Source: a virus
IMG/VR virus record: IMGVR_UViG_3300045999_009829
Strand: one strand, 5' to 3'
DNA length: 64,000 nucleotides
The number at the start of each line of letters is the position of its first letter. Position 1 is the stretch's first letter. The position numbers and the translations under genes are program-made. Shown here in pieces: positions 20,701-29,753 of this stretch. The notes under the pieces were generated by a model that saw nothing but the letters and a program-made list of their open reading frames with translations, was not told where the DNA came from and made no database searches.

Positions 20701-20889
20701 GACTACAGACCCCTCCTTGAAGATGTGTCTGCCGAACTTGTCGATCTGATCCTGAAGGATTGTCTGAGACTGAGTTAACTCACGAGCCTGCACAGCAACG
20801 CCGGGCTTATACAGCACCCTGTAGTAGTTGCTGTTCGCGCTGTAGTCATCAAAGTAAGGGGCTGCGTTGAAGTTGGTTTCTAAAGACAT
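14734..20889 (-). CDS. Large virion structural protein (DUF4815/VrlC-like, baseplate-associated)
   Basis: 2051 aa; N-terminal PYFDDY...YYRVLYKPGVAVQARELTQSQTILQ, LEYYTSLSLLE, RFKNGFIVDPF, DPIAQTF. Confidence 0.8.
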   Translation of the reverse strand: MSLETNFNAAPYFDDYSANSNYYRVLYKPGVAVQARELTQSQTILQDQIDKFGRHIFKEGSVVEGCTLAFDDGYAYVKVTDTATNGFVISVGDFVGDKLVSAANLQAVIVNAIAGLETNDPNLNTFYVKYLNSTNYANGAQQRTFDPDEVLEIRTPDDVQVAELAVANAAYSPIGTGYAVSISEGTVFNKGFFITVQPQTIVVSKYDNSPEDLTVGFITDETIATSDSDPSLFDNALGSPNFNAPGANRLKLFPRLATRPIDTSNSAANTSNFFSVVDFNGGKPVVKLVDPQYAKIGNEMARRTFEESGNYIVDPFELSVASNTTNSNNLVLEVGRGLGYVQGYRVEYADTNRANIRKGTDTLYFPNQIVTANYGNYVIVNELAGVFDINTLDDVGLYATAATKLTAGDYTPTGSAPANLIGTAKVRGLEYDSGIPGTPSCTYRMYLFDINITAGNFSFADVRSVYATDSASVAGYADAVLVSGSAVLRETATPDVVFSLGRSAIQTVNTTATSFFYRTKGTRTFQANGTAVLTPAASHPGGLDTIALTGSLSEANELRFVVVANTAANAVNVTAVSVSVNTSSPNVTGNAVFTSNFEVGDYVSVGNSSVFNVRRVTSITNTTHMVVNANFSYANTTATVARHFPAGAPIPFTRDDSANVVVASDGSSATFNLGTNLASTFVATIYYDAFRNQAVQASKVINKNRFVKIQANTHPAGNQGPWSLGIADVTKIRAVYQGTSYATTNQNLSRLFSLDSGQKGSYYGLAQLSIKPGSGHTVGANDRLLVELDHLTPDYSGGIGYFSVMSYPIDDANTANTTAILTQEIPVFTSETGVSYDLRDSIDFRPYSNNTANSATLIANATENPSANVVLFIDVDGAYSPSPDKNFNTAFSYYLGRKDKIALSPEGVINTVEGAPAANPLSPRDLDGAMTLGVLTISPYPSLSQADVRTYQRPEYGVTIDLQQNRRYTMRDIGTIDKRMARLEYYTSLSLLESSAKTLIVKDDTGAERFKNGFIVDPFKGFTVSDTSSPEFKASIDIKLQEMAPTVNRTYVDLDLDTGASTGVVKEGNLITLVGNTVPYIEQPFASKVRNCVENIIYVWTGNIELTPGGDAQPDIDRNPDVVANFDLSGLTPLINALPNLTGVERIVSSSPVTTTVDRTSTTVNRQNWTQTTTTTRDVVATTTETTIRSDLDFSASTLNTSFDFGDVVQDIAIQQFIRPRRISFSATNLKPNTRVYAYFDGQPVSQHCSPTSSISLGDPLVTDSLGTIQGRFIIPAETFKTGDRVFRLVDVDDLVVAADSVTTQAAATYSASNITITKARLGLNSRLPDIAINTVNVTQGTRVSSRTVSSTVINTTVQQWDPIAQTFLINEIEDNTGIFMKKLDLFFRTKHPTLGVEVQIREVENGSPTLKIVPFGRKHLTAAQVTVSNDSTAVTSFEFDTPVFLKAGSEYCFVVMPDGSNDGYNIWLGELGATDIRTGNPVYFNNSTGVMFTSSTNRIWTPFQKEDIKFVIHRKNFTTTSGTAVYKNSNTEYLTANNFGGFFLAGEKVYVSNAVNIISSNVSTSNSSNAIAVIANSTSNAQALFANGSYIYVTSNTGNTTDVRFITSVPNASHVVVDSILSFTDGNCSIGYLKSNGALFGYMSRVSLDTGIVHLERSSANSTSGFGNVVTGTANAILIGEESRAKANLVSVDNLVYSVVIPQFSYISPTGTSAYLQMKGSNATTNDAVYTTMTGDLETFFTDRERTIRSYSNELQAGGAKSVEVTIPLTATTNKTSPFIDDIKSNIVTLRNVSGNTSTLARETYPTGGNTGAKYISKRVVLAEGQDAEDLQVYLSAYKPSNTDITVYAKFLNGEDAEGIENKWWTPLNQNTSSAVVSSRVDRNDFKEFVYDLPFKYAVNAASNTAMADYAVYGTFTNTSISSNTITISNTTPLDIGTLVYYIGTASNSISNGFYSVFTSNTTAVRLATAGTSTPVTITPAASANTASLYVVPQTAFKDLSLSNVVSYYTSTGAHVHSYKTFAVKIVMTTEEGSHIVPRVSDMRAIALQT

Positions 20890-20906
20890 TCAGTAGACCC
20901 TCTGGG

Positions 20907-23900
20907 TTAGAACTTTATAATCAGTCTTAATTCTTCTGTGCTATTTAACGACCTAGTGATCACGCTGTTTGAATTCTCTATGTAAAGAACTCTACCCGAT
21001 TCCCGTGTTAGGTCGGGATCTGTTACCAAGCTCAGTGTGGCCACAGACCCTGTATTCTGTCCTGTAACAAGTTGAGACCCCGTCTCAAAGTTATTAGCTC
21101 TGGAGACATCCGAAACGATAACGACCTGATAGTTCCTCTGCACAGTCGCTGTGGATCCCAATCCATTATTTATAACAGAGTTGGCGGGAAAGAGACTGGT
21201 ATTACTGACTGCGGTCAGCTTGATGTAGCTTGAGTTGGCAAACACGCACTTGGCGTTTGCCGACGTATTGGAGTTGGTCACGGTGTCACCGATAGAGAAT
21301 GATCCCGAAACTGAGTTGACCTGTAGATCTAGATCATATCCAGTCAGTATGACCCTGCCCGTGGCGTTTGTCTGAGCCTGCGTGATGGTCTCGAAGTTTG
21401 CAAATGCGCCTGTGTTGCTGTTGATAGTCAGCCTTGATGTCTGGTTAAACCTATCAGCAAACGTAGTCGACAAGTTCCTTGAGCCATCAGCGCTGAATAT
21501 GGAACTTACGGTCGCTACTGCATTCGACTGCAAGCCGCGGATCACCTGGTTGTTGGCAAGAGAGCCGACAACGTTTGACAAGTACAGAGTCGTATTTCCG
21601 ACATACAGTGATATCTTGCCAGACGCGTTGGTGTTGACCTGCAACACGTTCTCGCCCTCGATGAACCTGACCGACGTGACGCCAGACACGTTGGCCGAGG
21701 CGCCAGATGTCAATCCAGCGATCGTGTTGGACTGGGCAAACACGCCTGTGGTGTCGTACAGGCGCAAGACGGTAGAGTTACTGGAGATGACCTTTCCGAC
21801 TGCATTGGTGGTTGCCTGCAGGACATACTCGTTGGGCACCCACGAGCCCGCCTGGTTTGCCAAGTTTAGATCAACGCTGGTGTAGTTTACGGTCTGAGCT
21901 GTGCAGTTTGCAAACTTAGGATTCTTAAGTATGCCTATCCTGCGGAAGGAGACGTTGGACGGGAAGTACCAGCTCTCGTTTGCGGTGGTGTCAAACTTTA
22001 TGGTCATGCCGGCATAGCGAGCGCCTAGTTCACTTATCGGATCAAAGCCGTGTCCCTCCAGAGGAGATATGACGGGCGCAACAACGGCGCCTGATCCGTA
22101 TAGCGTGTTCGAGTACACCACCACGTTTGCCTGAGTGTAACCTGATCCGGGTGAGATCACGCTGACGCTCTGGATGGCGTTTGAGAATCCGGTGTTTGGA
22201 TTTACGGTTGCAACCGCGATCGCTCCGTTGCCGTCACCCGTGATCCTGACTGTGGGCGCAATCTCGTACTCGATGGCGCCGCGTGACAGGTTGACGATCG
22301 AGGTGAGAGTCGCTAGACCCGTGTTAGAGCCAGTTGTTGATCTGAAGTCGACTGGATCACCGAGCGTATATGTGCCAGATGGATTCCTAACCGTGACGTT
22401 GGGGTTGCTGTCCAGAGTCACAATGTCGGCAGCCAGCTCAGACGAGTTGCCCCGGACCCTCTGACCGCTGTACCAGGTGCCGCTGATTCCGGCGATGAAC
22501 AGCGTCGATGAGTTGGAGTATGCTACCGTGCCGTTTGCGTTGAGTGAGGCATTTGCTGACGTTACAAAGTCCACTCTCTCACCCAGGATGAACGAGGCGC
22601 CCGCCACCGTGGTGTTTGAGATTGTGAGCCTTATGGAATCCAGGTTCGTATTCGAGATGATGCCAGATGCCACTGTAGTCGTGATGGAGGACGGCAGTAG
22701 AGCAGTTGACAGCTTGTAGGTGTTTGCGGACAGAAGCGTGCTGGAGAACGGACTGTCGACTATGACTACGGTCGAGTTGACGCTGCTGATTCTCTTGATG
22801 TTGTTGTTGGCGTTCTCTCCGACCCTGAAGAAATTGCCCACCGAATACTCAGCTGCCAGTGTTGAGGCTGCAGCCGCGTTCACGGCGTACATGCTTGTCG
22901 GGACGATCCTTCCGGTTGCTCTGATTCCCTGCAGCGTGTGACCGGTCTGAGTCGCACCCTTCGTCAGGGCAATCCTGTTCCCCGGCGACGTATTTGAGGT
23001 GTTGGAGAATGCAACCACGGTCGAGTTCGAGAACTGGATGAAGTACACGGAGTTGTTTGTCAGCCCTCCGATTACCGTATTTCCCGCTGAGACCGTATAC
23101 CTTATCTGGTCACCGACCGCAAAGGAGTTGGCAGTTGCCAGAAGTACAATGTTGTTTGAGCCCTCACCAGTACCGCCGGTCACGTCTGTGTTCGCGTTGA
23201 AGGTCTGCGCCGTCGGGGCTGATACCGTCACCGTCGGCTCTGAGATGTAACCAGTTCCGGTGTTGGATATGTTGATGGCGACTATCTTGCCAGTTGAGTT
23301 GGCCTGCGCGTTGGCGACTCCACCAGACCCGCTGTTCGACGTGATGGTTACGGTAGCGTTTCCTGTGTATCCGGATCCAGCTGTAAGGACTATTCCAAGC
23401 CCAAGCGTTGATGCATTGGATATGTTGACCTTGTCTGTCCTGAGGGCGCCCGTATCGGATAGGTCCCTGATCGCCAGTCCCACAGTAAAGTCCTGGTCCT
23501 TGTTGAACTTTGAGAGCCGGAGGACGTTGCTGTTGGCAGAAAGGACCGTGGCGGCAACGCCTGACGTAGTCTGCACGACGTTGGCGCCAGCGTTGAAGTA
23601 GCCCGTGCTGAACACGTAGTTGATGGAGTCTATTTCCTGCCGCACCGTTTCACCGACGGTGCCGCCAGAGATGGTGACGCTGTTTGCAAAGTCTAGACGG
23701 GTGTATGTCTCGATGGGTGAGTCAATGGTCGCGGATCTGGTCGGGCCCACATACGAGATTATTTCTCTGACCTGACCTGCGCCGAATCCGGACTTGAGGT
23801 ATATTGACGACTTTACGTAGTGCCCATCAGCGGATGAGGAGTCATCTGGAAGCTTGATCGTGAGGGTATCGACAATGGCATCGATGAATCCAGACTCATA

Positions 23901-24506
23901 GACCGAATAGCTGTTACCGCCGTTGGAGACTCGGATGACGTCGATTGTCCCGGGGACGGCATTCCCTACAACAGCCGAATTGGACAGAATAGGAATAAAG
24001 CTAGCGCTCGTGAACTTCGCGTTGGACGTGGCGTCGACGCTGTACATGTACTTCCAGACGTAGTCGTCTCCCGTCTGAAATGTTCCGCTAGTTGCGGTCA
24101 GAGTGGGCTTTACAGTCGATGCCCTTCCTCCGGCATTGTCGATGCACTTGAATACTGCGTACTGATCCGTAATGACATAGAATGATGTCGAGTATAGGTT
24201 GGCGTCACTCTGGTCGTAGCGAGAGTAGACGGTGTTCGACGTCCAGTTATACCTCGGAGCCACGTGGTTGATGTCGGTGGGCTCTATCTTCTTGCCAAAC
24301 ATGATGTCGTTGTAGGTATCAAGCTGAACCTGCACGACTGAATCGTTGGCGACTTGCACCGCTGTGTCGTCGTTGCCGCCAGACGAGTTGGCCCATGGCT
24401 GCGGCCGCGACACAAACATGTAGTAGGTGTTGTTGGCGTGCTCGACACTCTCAACGTAGGTGTTGACCTCGTTGATGTGGTGATTGATTGTAAGCAATGA
24501 CGTCAT
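20907..24506 (-). CDS. gp8: Baseplate wedge subunit gp8-like, with large insertion
   Basis: PRYNWTS, FYVITD, VFKCIDN, GDDYVWKYMY; C-terminal SGRVLYIEN...EELRLIIKF. Confidence 0.8.
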   Translation of the reverse strand: MTSLLTINHHINEVNTYVESVEHANNTYYMFVSRPQPWANSSGGNDDTAVQVANDSVVQVQLDTYNDIMFGKKIEPTDINHVAPRYNWTSNTVYSRYDQSDANLYSTSFYVITDQYAVFKCIDNAGGRASTVKPTLTATSGTFQTGDDYVWKYMYSVDATSNAKFTSASFIPILSNSAVVGNAVPGTIDVIRVSNGGNSYSVYESGFIDAIVDTLTIKLPDDSSSADGHYVKSSIYLKSGFGAGQVREIISYVGPTRSATIDSPIETYTRLDFANSVTISGGTVGETVRQEIDSINYVFSTGYFNAGANVVQTTSGVAATVLSANSNVLRLSKFNKDQDFTVGLAIRDLSDTGALRTDKVNISNASTLGLGIVLTAGSGYTGNATVTITSNSGSGGVANAQANSTGKIVAINISNTGTGYISEPTVTVSAPTAQTFNANTDVTGGTGEGSNNIVLLATANSFAVGDQIRYTVSAGNTVIGGLTNNSVYFIQFSNSTVVAFSNTSNTSPGNRIALTKGATQTGHTLQGIRATGRIVPTSMYAVNAAAASTLAAEYSVGNFFRVGENANNNIKRISSVNSTVVIVDSPFSSTLLSANTYKLSTALLPSSITTTVASGIISNTNLDSIRLTISNTTVAGASFILGERVDFVTSANASLNANGTVAYSNSSTLFIAGISGTWYSGQRVRGNSSELAADIVTLDSNPNVTVRNPSGTYTLGDPVDFRSTTGSNTGLATLTSIVNLSRGAIEYEIAPTVRITGDGNGAIAVATVNPNTGFSNAIQSVSVISPGSGYTQANVVVYSNTLYGSGAVVAPVISPLEGHGFDPISELGARYAGMTIKFDTTANESWYFPSNVSFRRIGILKNPKFANCTAQTVNYTSVDLNLANQAGSWVPNEYVLQATTNAVGKVISSNSTVLRLYDTTGVFAQSNTIAGLTSGASANVSGVTSVRFIEGENVLQVNTNASGKISLYVGNTTLYLSNVVGSLANNQVIRGLQSNAVATVSSIFSADGSRNLSTTFADRFNQTSRLTINSNTGAFANFETITQAQTNATGRVILTGYDLDLQVNSVSGSFSIGDTVTNSNTSANAKCVFANSSYIKLTAVSNTSLFPANSVINNGLGSTATVQRNYQVVIVSDVSRANNFETGSQLVTGQNTGSVATLSLVTDPDLTRESGRVLYIENSNSVITRSLNSTEELRLIIKF

Positions 24507-24521
24507 CTTTGTTTTACACCA

Positions 24522-26765
24522 CTACTGCTGTTGTATTGATGAACCGGCAACTGTAGCCGCATCGCCCTCGATGTAGTCTATCGAGCGATATCGACCGTAT
24601 AGAGCAATGCCCGCCGGATGGACAAGGTTTCTTACCAGCTTGTCGTACGACTCTAGCATCCTCTGCGCCACAATCTCGTACGAGTAGTTCTGGTAGAACA
24701 GTCCATCCTGGATCTTATCTACATCACTCGGGAAACTCTTTCTATTTAACCACCTACCGGTGCCCTTGCCGGTGCCGTAGACTATTGCAGATCCTAGGAC
24801 CGTGGTGTCGTTCCCTGTCAGGTTCAGACTTACGCTCTCTGTATCAAGGTAACCAAAGCCCGAGTCGATCACGTCAACCGCTGATATCACTCCGTTGCCG
24901 GATATGATAGTTGAGTCGACGATCGCGTTGTTTCCCTTTTGGCTGCCGTCGATGTCGAACAGGTTGAGCGATATGATCGAAGGCTCCTTGACCGTTATGA
25001 ATGGACGGGTCAGATATCCAGAGCCTGGATTTATGGCAGTCAGTGACGCGATCGTGCCTATCTCTTCGGTTGTCTCTGGAGTTACGTCGGTGATGACAGA
25101 GTCCAGGTTATCAAATACGGTGATGGAGTTAGCAAAGTTCCAATCTGTCAGTCGTACCACTGAACTGATAGTCGCCGACCCTGCAGCGTTGCTGTTGTTC
25201 AGGGTAGATGTAGTCACGAAGTATCCGTTGACCGACGACAGTCTGATCTGAGACGAATTTGCAGCCTCTACCAACCCGGCGCCGTTAACGGTCTCCTTTA
25301 CAGGTTGATGGATGAGCTGTATAGAGCTTCCGGACACGTTGCCGACAAGTATTGACCCCGAGATGAGGTTTGCGTTGGTCAGGTCTGCATCGGTGCCGGT
25401 GCACAAGATGAGAGACTCATCTGCCCTGTACACGTAGAGTCCCGATATACCTAGCGCTGTATTGCTGAGTCCCTCGTCCTTTTGGATGAGAGTGTTCGAG
25501 GTCGGAATGCACTCGATGGTGATTGAGTTGGCGGAGCTAGTGACCGTGGCGCCAGTGCCGAACGTGCCGGACACTCCCGAAACGTCCAGGGCATATGAAT
25601 TAGCGCCACTCGAGTCCAATTGAATTGATAGGTATGGATCAAGCACATCAGCGATGAACGTGATGGATTCCTTGTTGATGATAGATCCTACTCTGAAGGA
25701 TGCTCTCTCGCCGGTACCGCCAGTTACTCTTGTAATCGTGGTGTTACTGGAAGATCCCTGCAGCACGTTACCCGGTGTGAACTGTAGAGACGGACTGAAG
25801 TCAACTAGCTGGACGAACACGCTGTTTGAAAATACGACTGTCCCGTTGGCGTTGGTGGTGGTATCCACAACCACATCGCCCACCACCATGGGGAACACCA
25901 TCTCAGTGACGTTGAGATTTAGAGTTTTTGCAACCGTGACAACTGCATTTAACGTGTAGCCTGATCCGCCGTCGACCAGAAGAAAGTCAACTGAACCCGT
26001 GAAGTTATTGGAGATTGCAGCGACTCTAGCCCGACCCTCCACACCAGCGCCGCTTACGTCAAGTATGTCACCGACGGAATAATTCTGTCCACCGTCAGTG
26101 ATGGCAATAGCAAGCAGTGATCCCCTGACTATCGGAGCATCGTCGACTGAATACCCTCCCAGCGCAAGCGGTATGATCTTGTCGCCGTTCTTGAACTCGC
26201 CGATGACTGACGAGAGCTCCAGGACGTTGATCGTTCTGCCCTGAACAACTCGTCTGGAGTAGTTTTCAACAATGGCCGTGGCGGTACCGTCAGAATTCGT
26301 TATGTCAGTCCCAATCAGCTGCGCCAGGAAGGGACTGGATGTTACCTCGAGGTACCTAGGGATGGTCCAGGTGTTGTCGGACGGCTTGAATATGAACTCG
26401 TTGGGTACATAGATCTCTATGTCTTCGTTGAACGCCAGCCTGAATAGCAGCTCGTAGCCGAGTCGAGATCCCTTTGACCTGTATAGGTCGGTTATGTGCT
26501 TGATCAGAAGTCTCTTGTCAGCAACCACCGACTCGGGTAAGTTGGCGATGTACTGCGTGCGGAAGTTCTCGATGAAGTCGTCTGTGGTCAGGTCTACGTC
26601 GGCATATTCCAGGAGTGATCTGGAGGCACTTGTTACGTTGTTGCTCTGCTCCATCCACTCGTAGTATGCCTTTACGAAGGCTACAAAGTTCTTGCCTTCA
26701 GACCTATAGAACGAAGGAAACTGTTGGGCTATAAAGGGTGAGATAAACTTTTCGATGTTGCTCAT
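24522..26765 (-). CDS. gp7: Baseplate wedge initiator gp7-like
   Basis: QFPSFY, FVKAYYEWME, LYRSKGS, IQDGLFYQNYSYEI, LVHPAG. Confidence 0.75.
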   Translation of the reverse strand: MSNIEKFISPFIAQQFPSFYRSEGKNFVAFVKAYYEWMEQSNNVTSASRSLLEYADVDLTTDDFIENFRTQYIANLPESVVADKRLLIKHITDLYRSKGSRLGYELLFRLAFNEDIEIYVPNEFIFKPSDNTWTIPRYLEVTSSPFLAQLIGTDITNSDGTATAIVENYSRRVVQGRTINVLELSSVIGEFKNGDKIIPLALGGYSVDDAPIVRGSLLAIAITDGGQNYSVGDILDVSGAGVEGRARVAAISNNFTGSVDFLLVDGGSGYTLNAVVTVAKTLNLNVTEMVFPMVVGDVVVDTTTNANGTVVFSNSVFVQLVDFSPSLQFTPGNVLQGSSSNTTITRVTGGTGERASFRVGSIINKESITFIADVLDPYLSIQLDSSGANSYALDVSGVSGTFGTGATVTSSANSITIECIPTSNTLIQKDEGLSNTALGISGLYVYRADESLILCTGTDADLTNANLISGSILVGNVSGSSIQLIHQPVKETVNGAGLVEAANSSQIRLSSVNGYFVTTSTLNNSNAAGSATISSVVRLTDWNFANSITVFDNLDSVITDVTPETTEEIGTIASLTAINPGSGYLTRPFITVKEPSIISLNLFDIDGSQKGNNAIVDSTIISGNGVISAVDVIDSGFGYLDTESVSLNLTGNDTTVLGSAIVYGTGKGTGRWLNRKSFPSDVDKIQDGLFYQNYSYEIVAQRMLESYDKLVRNLVHPAGIALYGRYRSIDYIEGDAATVAGSSIQQQ

Positions 26766-26768
26766 CCC

Positions 26769-28592
26769 TTAGGCCTTTCTAACGGTGACCGATATTCCGG
26801 ACTCGATGTCGATCGCGATCACGTCGTTTTCCTTGGACTGTATGTCCTGCAGCAGTGGCTTTGCGTAGAACAGGATCCCGTCGTTGCCCTCCAGAGACGT
26901 GAGCACGATGGAGTTCAGGGTTATGGAGCCCGTGCTGTAGTCCACGGTGCCCGCTGGTGAGTACGACACCGCACCGGGATTTGTGATATTCTTAAGATAG
27001 ACCGCATTTGTCGAGTTCACGATCGTGGTCTTGTTATCGGTCACGGTCACCGATAGAGTCTGCTGGTTTGGATTGTAGTCGGTGTACTCGAACCTGCTCC
27101 CGTCTGAGATGAAAGCAGACGAGGTTATTGTTCCGGGGACTATGGCGTTCCTGAATGTCACGCTGGGGAACGTGCGCTGTAGAATGAGCGCCTTGAAGTC
27201 CTTGCGGAGAGTGAGTTCGGTGGTGTTTGTCTGTATCGAGGGATCGGCGTCGTTGATTGCAGCCTCAAGTCGAGAGAGCTTAAGCTCCACATTGAAGTCA
27301 ACAAGCTCTGAGCTGTTGTAGTTCTCGATGGCCTGCTTGATTGCAGCCTCGATGTCGGCAGGACTCAGTGTCGTGTCCGCGTCGCTGTATGCAGCGTTGG
27401 TATCCACCTCAATGAAGAGGTAGTCAGGGTCGATCACGACTGGATCTATCCCGATGGTTGTTCTAGCCTTGAGGTATGACTGAATGTCAGACTTCTGGTT
27501 CAGCGATGGGATGTCGCCAGAGAATGTCAGGGGAACTACAAACACCCTGCCGAACGCCGGCGTTCCGGTGATCTGGTCACCGCCGTATGCCCTCACGCTC
27601 TTGACGTACTGAAACTGTTGGGTGACAAGCGCTTCAAAGTCGTTTGGGGTGATTGCCCTGTCCTGCGTCTGATAGGACCTCGGAGCTCTGAACCTGATCT
27701 CGTCCAGTGTCTCTGGATCACTGCCACCCGAGCTCGTGTTGACAACCGTTATTGTCGGAGCTATGGCGGATCCAAAGCCGTTTAGGCTCCCTAGGTTATC
27801 CGAAAGTATGAACCCCGTGCACTCGTCGCCCGCGGCACCGGCGACGTTCCTGTACGACGCTGTAACTACGGCGGAGTCTTTGGGTCTCCTTCCGAACACC
27901 CCGTCACCGAACACCAGTTCGTACCTGGAGTCGTCAGTCGCCTGCAGGAAGTAGATATTAGAGTTGGATGTCAGACCGAAGAGGCTGGTCGCCAGCGTAA
28001 ACTGAGTGTTGGTCTGCCCCTGGTCTTCCGACACGACGACCTGCACAGAGTCGGTGTCTATTGTCTCGTTCGACATTATGAATCGCTGACCCTCGGTGGA
28101 GTAGTCGACAACGAACGAATCCGTAACTATGGATCCCTCGTACACGCTCACGTTGCTAGCCCTGAAGGCGCCGTTTGCCGGGTAGAGGATCTGAGACTCG
28201 TTGGTCAGGAACTGGAATGTCCCTCTGGAATTCCTTGCTATGAACCTGGTGTTCTCTGGTATGGTGAACTTCTGCAGGCCCGACTGAAGGAACACCAGAT
28301 TGATGACTGCTCTGGAAGACTTAGCGGACCTGGGCGTGTAGTTCAGAGCCTTGGCGACGGATACCACGGAGTTCCTGAGCTGTGCGGAATCCAGGAACAT
28401 CTCAGACGCTACCATGTTTAGGTAGAACGCGTTGAGGTGCGTGTTGTATGTCAAGATGTCCAGAAGTACGGACATGTTCGACCCGTCAAAGTCGTAGTCA
28501 GAGAACTGAGCTTGACCCTTGAGGTACGTCTTTAGCTGTGTCTTTAGAGTGTCAAAGTCCAGGTTGACCAGACTTATCGAGTTGTTTGCCAT
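26769..28592 (-). CDS. gp6: Baseplate wedge subunit gp6
   Basis: LDFDTLK, FSDYDFDGSNMSVLLDILTYNTH, EMFLDSAQLR, QDRAIT. Confidence 0.92.
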   Translation of the reverse strand: MANNSISLVNLDFDTLKTQLKTYLKGQAQFSDYDFDGSNMSVLLDILTYNTHLNAFYLNMVASEMFLDSAQLRNSVVSVAKALNYTPRSAKSSRAVINLVFLQSGLQKFTIPENTRFIARNSRGTFQFLTNESQILYPANGAFRASNVSVYEGSIVTDSFVVDYSTEGQRFIMSNETIDTDSVQVVVSEDQGQTNTQFTLATSLFGLTSNSNIYFLQATDDSRYELVFGDGVFGRRPKDSAVVTASYRNVAGAAGDECTGFILSDNLGSLNGFGSAIAPTITVVNTSSGGSDPETLDEIRFRAPRSYQTQDRAITPNDFEALVTQQFQYVKSVRAYGGDQITGTPAFGRVFVVPLTFSGDIPSLNQKSDIQSYLKARTTIGIDPVVIDPDYLFIEVDTNAAYSDADTTLSPADIEAAIKQAIENYNSSELVDFNVELKLSRLEAAINDADPSIQTNTTELTLRKDFKALILQRTFPSVTFRNAIVPGTITSSAFISDGSRFEYTDYNPNQQTLSVTVTDNKTTIVNSTNAVYLKNITNPGAVSYSPAGTVDYSTGSITLNSIVLTSLEGNDGILFYAKPLLQDIQSKENDVIAIDIESGISVTVRKA

Positions 28593-29014
28593 TAGCGCAC
28601 TCTTCTTAGAATTATGTCAAGGCTCTGGGGTTGCATGTTATTTATTAAAGCAAATATGATTGTGACGTTGACGGAAACTTCATCCGACTGAGGACTGACT
28701 ATGATATCTATTAGAGTCACTCTAGGCTCGTTTGACTCTATGACGTTTTTGATGCTGCTCCTCAAGTCGTCTGCAAGGAACGCGTCGTTGGGCTCAAACA
28801 GTGATCCGGTGACCGTTGATCCGATCGTGGGCTGAAACAGCCTCTCTCCGATGTTGGTGAGGACCAGGTTCTTCACAGACTGCTTTACAGATTGGTCGTT
28901 CCTCACCCGCATCAGGTCCTTGGTGACTGGATGCGGCGTTAGGTCATCAAAGAAGTCCGAGTATAGGTCCGGGACCTTCTGTATCTGTGTGTACCTGTCG
29001 GCTCTAGTTGACAT
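28592..29014 (-). CDS. gp25: Baseplate wedge subunit gp25
   Basis: SVKNLVLTNIGERLFQPTIGS, NEPRV. Confidence 0.9.
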   Translation of the reverse strand: MSTRADRYTQIQKVPDLYSDFFDDLTPHPVTKDLMRVRNDQSVKQSVKNLVLTNIGERLFQPTIGSTVTGSLFEPNDAFLADDLRSSIKNVIESNEPRVTLIDIIVSPQSDEVSVNVTIIFALINNMQPQSLDIILRRVR

Positions 29015-29029
29015 CTCTGATTATCCTAC

Positions 29030-29752
29030 CTAGTCGTTCAGGCGAATCTGCGTGCCGTTGATGTAGACAACACCCTGGGCAGTAACTGTAATCGGACCGC
29101 CTGCAGTTGTTATGGTGATGGAACTGCCCGCCTTAATCTCCACAGTATCTGATGCATCAATCTCCATGGTCCTGCACTTGACCTTGAACAGGCCTGTCAT
29201 GTTGATCTCTGCATTCTTGCCCGTGACGAACCAGTCGTCGTTCAGCACGTCCGTCCTTGTGCCCTTCACGTCGGTCGAGCATGCGCCTTCAATCCCGGTA
29301 TTCATGTCGCCGCGGATAGCAGTCGTGCAAGATCCGTTGATGCTCTCGGTCTTGTCCCGCTCCGTGTGCACCTCTCTGACACCGCCCACGCCGTCAACTA
29401 GATCATCGCCCACTGCGGTGAACTTCTTGCCCGCCACGTTCTCATACGATGACTTGTCGATGTTCAGTGCGTAGGTGCCGCCGATCTTTATGTCTGCATG
29501 CGAGTCTATGGTCTGCGTAAACGTGCCCTTGAAGTAGTTGTAGACTTTCTCCACCACAGTTTGAACCCATCGACCAGATTTCTCTATCTCGACGTATGTG
29601 CCAGTGGTGTGCGCTACCCTCAAGCTCTCGTTTCCGGGAGCGTCGTTGATGTGGAACTCGTGACCACTTCTGGTGATCGTCGCTTGGTTGTAGGGATACT
29701 CAGTCGAGAAAGTAGACTGTGGGTGTCTCCTGTTGGAGCCGCTGTCTGACAT
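29030..29752 (-). CDS. gp5: gp5 C-terminal part (beta-helix spike)
   Basis: EYPYNQATITRSGHEFHINDAPGNESLRVAHTTGTYVEI followed by 8-residue beta-helix repeats and terminal IRLN. Confidence 0.8.
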   Translation of the reverse strand: MSDSGSNRRHPQSTFSTEYPYNQATITRSGHEFHINDAPGNESLRVAHTTGTYVEIEKSGRWVQTVVEKVYNYFKGTFTQTIDSHADIKIGGTYALNIDKSSYENVAGKKFTAVGDDLVDGVGGVREVHTERDKTESINGSCTTAIRGDMNTGIEGACSTDVKGTRTDVLNDDWFVTGKNAEINMTGLFKVKCRTMEIDASDTVEIKAGSSITITTAGGPITVTAQGVVYINGTQIRLND

Positions 29753-29753
29753 G

